Source: Okeania sp. (lineage in GTDB: Bacteria > Cyanobacteriota > Cyanobacteriia > Cyanobacteriales > Microcoleaceae). Taken from it: 14,128 nt of DNA. Under the pieces are notes generated by a model. It did not search any database. It had not been told where the DNA came from and saw only the letters and a list, made by a program, of their open reading frames with translations. Below are positions 6,678 through 11,705 of the stretch, piece after piece (position 1 is the first letter of the stretch; every line of letters starts with the position of its first letter). The stretch is taken from positions 1 through 14,128 of the forward strand of contig NZ_JAYKGW010000077.1 of the NCBI RefSeq assembly GCF_035285525.1, given 5' to 3'. The position numbers and the translations under genes were made by a program.

Positions 6678-7965
6678 TCTATCTTTATTAATATCAAGTT
6701 TCTACATTAATCCTGGTTTTGCTCAAGTCAAAAATCTAGAAATTCTTGAAGCTATCTCTGACCGAAATGAAGGAAAAGTCACCCTACGAGTAAAAGCATA
6801 CGATGAAAAAAATAAACCATTAAGGGATTTGGAAAAAGACAACTTTAAATTAAGAGTTTGTTCGTCGAAAGTTGATTCAAAAACTGAAGAATGTCAAACT
6901 TTAGAGGCAGCAGATATTAATTGGAAAATTCCTCAACCTCAAGAATTACCTCCTGCTTGGGTAATAGTTTTATTAGATTTTAGTGGCAGTATGAAACAAT
7001 TAGATAGTAGTGGAAAAAAAACTAAATTAGAAGGAGCGATCGCTGCCATGAGAAAGTTCAATCAAGATTTAGCTAAAAAAGGGGAAAATACCAAAATTTC
7101 GATTGTACCTTTTGGCAAAGGTGGCAAAAATTGTTCGGGAAATAAGGTAACAAAAAAGGAACTAGATAATTTTGTTTTAGCTGGCAAGAGAAAAGTCGAA
7201 AAAACTCTCAAAGAATTAGAGAGTCAATTAGATAATCTTTGTGCAGCGACAGATATTTATGAACCTCTGCGCCAGACAGTACAATTTTTTGGTAATCCTA
7301 AAGATAATCGTTTTAATCTACCAATAAATTCTAATTTACCTCAGCCAAGACGTTCGATAATTTTACTTTCTGATGGTTATCATAGTATTTATGGAGAGAG
7401 AGAAAATGAACTAGAATTAGAAGCGCAAGACTTTGACAAACTTGTGGTTATGTTAAAAAGTTATCCTAATATTACTGTTCATACTTTAGGTTATGGTTTA
7501 ACTCCCCAACAGTTACAGCAAAAATATAATTTAAAGGAACTTCCTACAATTAGAGATATTAGTAAAAGAAGTAATAACTTGGATAAATTAAGAGAACTTG
7601 CTGCCGAAGAATTTGTCGATGAAAGCAGACTTCAACAAATAGCAAAAATCACTAATGGTATTGCTGAATTTTCTGGAAATGCTGAAGATATTTCTACGAG
7701 TTTGCTGGAATTTTTAGAGGCTTTATTTGATGAGTATCAAATTAATTATATTCAACCAATAAATGCCGAAAGTGGTTCTTTACACAAAGTACAAATTAGT
7801 TTTAATAATTCCATAAATTCAGAATTAAAACCTTATGTATTTTCTTGGGTGTCTCCTTCCCTACCTCGTTCGACGAGAATTATAATTTTTTTACTGACAT
7901 TAGTAGTATTATTAGGGGGTGGTTTAATACCATTTTTATTGTGGGCAAAATCAATTAAATTATGA
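6598..7965 (+). CDS. vWA-domain protein with an N-terminal signal/anchor, a beta-sandwich pre-domain and a C-terminal TM anchor
   Basis: MIDAS motif VIVLLDFSGSM (Asp codon 6976-6978), AATDIY, and SIILLSDGYH. The pre-domain EILEAISDRNEGKVTLRVKAYDEKNKPLRDLEKDNFKLRV is typical of bacterial vWA proteins. C-terminal TM segment IIIFLLTLVVLLGGGLIPFLLWA. The start is uncertain (ATG 6598, ATG 6619 or TTG 6640), and every option overlaps the upstream gene. Confidence 0.85.
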   Translation: MPKVVFIMVKNYSDLSTIIAFWIHKVSLSLLISSFYINPGFAQVKNLEILEAISDRNEGKVTLRVKAYDEKNKPLRDLEKDNFKLRVCSSKVDSKTEECQTLEAADINWKIPQPQELPPAWVIVLLDFSGSMKQLDSSGKKTKLEGAIAAMRKFNQDLAKKGENTKISIVPFGKGGKNCSGNKVTKKELDNFVLAGKRKVEKTLKELESQLDNLCAATDIYEPLRQTVQFFGNPKDNRFNLPINSNLPQPRRSIILLSDGYHSIYGERENELELEAQDFDKLVVMLKSYPNITVHTLGYGLTPQQLQQKYNLKELPTIRDISKRSNNLDKLRELAAEEFVDESRLQQIAKITNGIAEFSGNAEDISTSLLEFLEALFDEYQINYIQPINAESGSLHKVQISFNNSINSELKPYVFSWVSPSLPRSTRIIIFLLTLVVLLGGGLIPFLLWAKSIKL

Positions 7966-8124
7966 AAGCTGTATATTGAATAATTGGGTGTATTTTAATT
8001 TTGAATAAAACCAATAATTTGTCGATTTTTGCTAGGGTAGGAAGTAGGGACGTTGCATAAAACCCTAATTATCAATTATTACAGCACTTTCGGAGTTAGT
8101 GAGGTAGAAAATTTTATTTTTTTA

Positions 8125-8250
8125 AAGGTGTTAGTAAATTGGGTAACATGACCTTCCAGGTTGTTACAGTCTAGAAGACTGTGTTACAAGGTGTTAGTAA
8201 ATTGGGTAACACGACCTTCCAGGTTGTTACAGTCTAGAAGACTGTGTTAC
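8125..8250 (+). repeat. 63-bp tandem duplication (2 units, 1 mismatch), each unit carrying two hairpins
   Basis: Units are 8125-8187 and 8188-8250. Each contains GTAACA-tg-ACCT-tcc-AGGT-TGTTAC and ACAGTCT-aga-AGACTGT. The repeat ends 62 nt upstream of the methyltransferase ATG. Confidence 0.9.
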
Positions 8251-8312
8251 AAAGATATTAAGTGTATCTCACCATCCTCAAAATTGCTGTAATTATTAAT
8301 TATTCATTATTT

Positions 8313-9077
8313 ATGAACCCATTAAACAGATTTTCTGATAGAGCAACAGATTATGCTAAGTATAGACCTAACTATCCAAAAGAAGCAATTACTGCTATAA
8401 TAAGTGGTTTTGAAAATCCTTCTGAATTAGTAGTAGCAGATATTGGTGCAGGTACAGGAATTGGTTCTAGAATGTTAGCTGAACAAGGAGTCAATGTAAT
8501 TGCTATTGAGCCAAATATTAATATGATAAATGTTGCTACTCCTCATCCTTTAGTGAAATTTCAGGAAGCAACTGCGGAAGCTACTAATTTGCCTAATGAA
8601 TCTGTTGATATAGTAACTTGTTTTCATGCTTTTCATTGGTTTAATTTGGAACCTACTCTACAGGAATTTCATAGAATTTTAAAACCATCTGGCAGGTTAG
8701 CAGTTGTCAGAAATAACTGGAATAAACAAGATGGATTTACTAAAGAAAATAGTAATCTAATGAAGCAGATATCTCAACATTATTCAATTGCCAGAAGGAA
8801 GCGTTCTTTTTCGATTACATCTTTAGAAGAAAGCCCACATTTTGTTAATTTTAGACATTCAATATTTGCTCATCGACAAGAATTAGATTTACCAAGTTTA
8901 ATAGGTAGAATTATGAGTTCTTCATCCGTACCAAATAAGGGTTATGAACGGGAAGAGATTACCAAAAATTTGCAGATATTATATGAACGATGGGTAGATA
9001 AAAAAGGTTTAGTTTATTTAGTTTATCGTACCGATTTATATCTTGCTGAACCTGGGATAATAATTAGGGCTTGCTAA
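8313..9077 (+). CDS. Class I SAM-dependent methyltransferase (Methyltransf_11-like)
   Basis: N-terminal RFSDRATDYAKYRPNYP, motif I VADIGAGTGIGSRML, and motif post-II/III DIVTCFHAFHWF...LKPSGRL. The ORF is open from GTG 8262, but ATG 8313 (MNPLNRF...) fits the family N-terminus better. Confidence 0.88.
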   Translation: MNPLNRFSDRATDYAKYRPNYPKEAITAIISGFENPSELVVADIGAGTGIGSRMLAEQGVNVIAIEPNINMINVATPHPLVKFQEATAEATNLPNESVDIVTCFHAFHWFNLEPTLQEFHRILKPSGRLAVVRNNWNKQDGFTKENSNLMKQISQHYSIARRKRSFSITSLEESPHFVNFRHSIFAHRQELDLPSLIGRIMSSSSVPNKGYEREEITKNLQILYERWVDKKGLVYLVYRTDLYLAEPGIIIRAC

Positions 9078-9083
9078 TAAAAA

Positions 9084-9353
9084 GTGTGGGGAGGGAGAGT
9101 GGGGAGGGTGGGGAGAGTGGGAAGTGTGGGGAGGGTGGGGAGAGTGGGGAGAGTGGGAAGTGTTGGAAATGTCGGAAGTGTCGGAAGTGTTGGGAGAGTG
9201 GGGAGTGTTGGGAGAGTGGGGAGGGTGGGAAGTGTTGGAAATGTCGGAAGTGTTGGAAGTGTCGGAAGTGTCGGAAATGTCGGAAGTGTTGGAAGTGTCG
9301 GAAGTGTTGGAAGTGTTGGAAGTGTCGGAAGTGTCGGAAGTGTCGGAAGTGTG
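9084..9353. repeat. 9-bp tandem array of about 30 units (TGGGGAGRG and TYGGAAGTG variants)
   Basis: Strict 9-nt periodicity over 270 nt, read unit by unit. The array begins 7 nt after the methyltransferase stop. It contains no stop codon in any frame, which explains the five overlapping ORF-track entries. Confidence 0.9.
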
Positions 9354-9437
9354 AAAAGAAGGAGATAGTAGAAGTAACAATTGTTCATTGATGTGTCTAC
9401 TCAGTCAATTTATCCCTGACTTTTCACCGGCTCCTAC

Positions 9438-9680
9438 CTGTTCCCTATTCCCTCCTTTCTATAGACATCTCTAAAAATTAAAAATCTAATCAATTCTTAT
9501 TCATAAATAATCAATTACTCCCTCCTGTTCCCTATTCCTTATTCCCTATTCCCTCTTTTCTATAGACATCTCTAAAAATTAAAAATCTAATCAATTCTTA
9601 TCCAGAAACAATCAGTTACTCCCCCCTGTTCCTTGTTAAGTGTTCCCAGTTAAGTGTTCCCTCTTTTTTGGAGATGTCTA
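9438..9680 (+). repeat. 87-101-bp direct repeat (2 full units plus a partial or rearranged third) with TTCCCTA heptamer heads
   Basis: Units are 9438-9524 and 9525-9625, sharing an identical core TCTATAGACATCTCTAAAAATTAAAAATCTAATCAATTCTTAT. The third segment, 9626-9680, ends in GAGATGTCTA, the inverse of the core's TAGACATCTC. Confidence 0.85.
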
Positions 9681-9774
9681 ATATGATATGATAAATATTG
9701 TCAAAGTAAAGTCTCTAATTTCGAGACAAAAAAGTAAAGATTGAGAAACTAAAAATAAGGCTAAAAAAATTAAT

Positions 9775-10437
9775 ATGAGACTTGATGAAGCAGTAGAATT
9801 TGCAGAAAATCCTGAACCTCGTTGTCCTTGTGTCCTATTATTAGATACTTCAGCATCAATGACAGGCTCACCTATTCAAGCTTTAAATGATGGGTTGGAA
9901 ACCTTTAGAGATAATTTAATTACTGATGATTTAGCCAAAAAAAGAGTAGAGGTTGCCATTATTTCTTTTGACAATCAAGTGAAAATTGTCCAAGACTTTA
10001 TTACCGCTGACCAATTTGAGAATCCAGTATTAACTGCTCAAGGACAAACTTTTATGGGTACTGCTGTTCATAAAGCTCTAGATATGATTGCTGCTCGGAA
10101 GTCAGAATATCGGAATAATGGTATAACTTATTATCGACCTTGGGTATTTTTGATTACTGATGGGGAACCTCAAGGAGAATCAGAAAAAGTTGTTAAGGAA
10201 GCAGGCGATCGCATCAAACAGGAGGAAGATAATAAGCACGTTGCCTTTTTTGCGGTGGGTGTGGAAGGAGCGAATATGGAGAAGTTGGCAGAAATAGTTC
10301 AGAGAACGCCTCTAAAACTGAAGGGACTTGATTTTCGAGAAATGTTTATCTGGTTATCTGCTAGTATGCAGCAGGTTTCTCATTCTAAGGTTGATGAACA
10401 AGTAGCACTGCCTCCTCCTGGATGGGGAACAGTTTAA
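9775..10437 (+). CDS. Stand-alone cytosolic vWA protein, TerY-like
   Basis: MIDAS motif CVLLLDTSASM (Asp codon 9844-9846), GQTFMGTAV, and PWVFLITDGEPQ. About 220 aa with no signal peptide or TM segment, matching the size and motif layout of TerY-type vWA proteins. Confidence 0.88.
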   Translation: MRLDEAVEFAENPEPRCPCVLLLDTSASMTGSPIQALNDGLETFRDNLITDDLAKKRVEVAIISFDNQVKIVQDFITADQFENPVLTAQGQTFMGTAVHKALDMIAARKSEYRNNGITYYRPWVFLITDGEPQGESEKVVKEAGDRIKQEEDNKHVAFFAVGVEGANMEKLAEIVQRTPLKLKGLDFREMFIWLSASMQQVSHSKVDEQVALPPPGWGTV

Positions 10438-10442
10438 ATTAT

Positions 10443-10489
10443 GGAAGGAAGAAGGAAGAAGGAAGAAGAAAGAAGGAAGAAGGAAGAAG
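10443..10489 (+). repeat. 47-nt pure-purine tract, heptamer (GGAAGAA)n
   Basis: The sequence ggaaggaagaaggaagaaggaagaagaaagaaggaagaaggaagaag starts 6 nt after the vWA stop. Complementary CT-rich tracts lie at 3625-3645, 5018-5045 and 5515-5535. Confidence 0.9.
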
Positions 10490-10629
10490 TTATATAAACA
10501 AGATTTACACAAAAACCGGGTTATTGTTTGGGTTTGGGTTTGGAGACCAAACAAATATAGGATTGGGAAAACAAACCCCTACAGTTTTTTTGACAAATAA
10601 TTAAGGAAAAATTTAGTAAATGTTAGGTT

Positions 10630-11394
10630 ATGTCAATAGAAGTAGAAAGTCAGTGGCGAGTGGTATCGGTATCGGTGGCGGGTACAAGTCACGAGAAACG
10701 GGGACAACTATGTCAGGATGCACATCGCTGGCAAATTTTGTCAGAGAAAGTTTTAGTTGCTGCGGTTGCTGATGGCGCAGGTTCCGCAAGTTTGGGAGAT
10801 GTTGGTGCTAAAATAGCTGTGGATGTGGCAGTAAAAACTATTGCTGAACAAAAGTTTCTCCCAAAAGATAATATTGGTTGGCAGTATCAATTAATTGATG
10901 CTTTGAGGGCAGCCAAAAATGCTGTTTTGATTGAGTCTCAAGTGAGAAATGTTGCAGCACGGGAGTTGGCAGCAACTTTGATTTTGGTGGTAGCTACACC
11001 AGAATTAGTTATTGCTGCGCAAGTGGGGGATGGTGCAGCGGTGGTGGGTGATGGAGAGGAGAATATTTTTCCGGTGACAGCACCCCAGACTGGTGAACAT
11101 ATTAATGAGACAACTTTTTTGATTTCAGAAACAGGTGTGGAAAATGCTCAGGTAAAAATTTGGTTAGGAAAACCTGTTTATTTGGCAATGTTTTCGGATG
11201 GTTTGCAAATGTTAGCTTTGAAAATGCCTATAGGTTTGCCCCATAGTCCGTTTTTTGCTCCTTTGTTTAAGTTTATGAAAGTGGTGACAAATGAGGAAGA
11301 GGCAAATAAGCAGTTGGAAGAATTTTTGCGATCGCCAAAGGTGACGGGAAGAACTGATGATGATTTGACTTTATTGTTGGCAAGGTATGGGTGA
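10630..11394 (+). CDS. PP2C-family (PP2C_2-type) Ser/Thr protein phosphatase
   Basis: Motifs GTSHEKRGQLCQDAH, LVAAVADGAGSAS, AMFSDGLQM and RTDDDLTLLLA (metal-binding Asp residues) appear in the order expected for bacterial PP2C_2 proteins. Confidence 0.8.
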   Translation: MSIEVESQWRVVSVSVAGTSHEKRGQLCQDAHRWQILSEKVLVAAVADGAGSASLGDVGAKIAVDVAVKTIAEQKFLPKDNIGWQYQLIDALRAAKNAVLIESQVRNVAARELAATLILVVATPELVIAAQVGDGAAVVGDGEENIFPVTAPQTGEHINETTFLISETGVENAQVKIWLGKPVYLAMFSDGLQMLALKMPIGLPHSPFFAPLFKFMKVVTNEEEANKQLEEFLRSPKVTGRTDDDLTLLLARYG

Positions 11395-11396
11395 AG

Positions 11397-11430
11397 TCAG
11401 TTATCAGCTTTTTCAGTTATCAGTTATCAG
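11397..11430. repeat. TCAGTTA heptamer (STRR-like) tract immediately after the PP2C stop
   Basis: tcagttatcag ... tcagttatcagttatcag, read directly from the sequence. Confidence 0.7.
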
Positions 11431-11489
11431 CGTGAAGAGTAGTTTACAGCGGTTTTCATTACGGTTCCCGAGAAATCAGGAAACCACTG

Positions 11490-11515
11490 TAGGGAGGTTC
11501 CATGGAACCTCCCTA
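11490..11515. repeat. Perfect 26-bp palindrome TAGGGAGGTTCCATGGAACCTCCCTA between convergent genes, a possible bidirectional terminator or protein-binding site
   Basis: Perfect self-complementarity. It is flanked by a second imperfect inverted repeat, ACAGCGGTTTTC (11446-) and GGAAACCACTGT (-11490). There are no flanking A or T tracts, so the terminator call is weak. Confidence 0.45.
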
Positions 11516-11656
11516 GGAGGTGTTGGTATCAAGATCGCCTTTTATAGTTAGGTTGGATAGAAGGAAGTGTGAGGAAAGCTAATGTGCAGGATAAACCCAA
11601 AATATTAGCAGGAAGTGAGTTTTGTAAAGGCTTTCATATTTAATCAGCAAGCCCTA

Positions 11657-11705
11657 ATTATCAATTATCAATTATTCATTATCCATTATCCATTATTAAT
11701 TATCT
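11657..11705. repeat. Seven tandem AT-rich heptamers (AATTATC / CATTATC / AATTATT)
   Basis: Read directly from the sequence. The tract overlaps the last codons and the stop codon of the minus-strand CHAT-CHASE2 gene. A related CCCTAATTATCAATTAT motif also occurs at 8063-8080. Confidence 0.8.

Noticed and set aside
8140-8250. NtcA-type (GTA-N8-TAC) or LexA-type operator within the GTAACA/TGTTAC hairpins
   Set aside because: No GTA-N8-TAC spacing can be fitted to the GTAACA/TGTTAC half-sites. The resemblance is limited to the trinucleotides.
9036-9391. Five overlapping ORF-track entries on both strands (114, 106, 104, 94 and 76 aa) encoding (SDT/SNT)n, (PTL)n, (GSV/GRV)n and similar repeats
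   Set aside because: All lie on the 9-bp tandem array, whose unit contains no stop codon in any frame. Simultaneous openness in five or six frames is therefore a repeat artefact. There is no non-repetitive domain and no convincing start context. The minus-strand 9074-9388 ORF has a short hydrophobic N-terminus but nothing else to support it.
8125-9680. Possible CRISPR array, suggested by the regularly spaced repeats at 8125-8250 and 9438-9680
   Set aside because: The repeats are directly adjacent or share their inter-repeat sequence, so there are no unique spacers. The unit sizes (63 and 87-101 bp) do not fit CRISPR geometry, and no cas genes are present.
10354-10604. ORFs 10422-10604 (+) and 10354-10554 (-) in the vWA/PP2C spacer
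   Set aside because: They are low-complexity translations (KKEEGRRKKEEG / FFLLPSFFFLLPS) of the polypurine heptamer tract. Both are short, and the minus-strand ORF also overlaps the vWA 3' end antisense.
11395-11685. Remnant of the missing Ser/Thr kinase gene in the PP2C/CHAT spacer
   Set aside because: The 291 bp are filled with heptamers, inverted repeats and the palindrome. I could not read any kinase-like motif (GxGxxG, HRD, DFG) in any frame by eye. A tblastn search would be needed to be certain.
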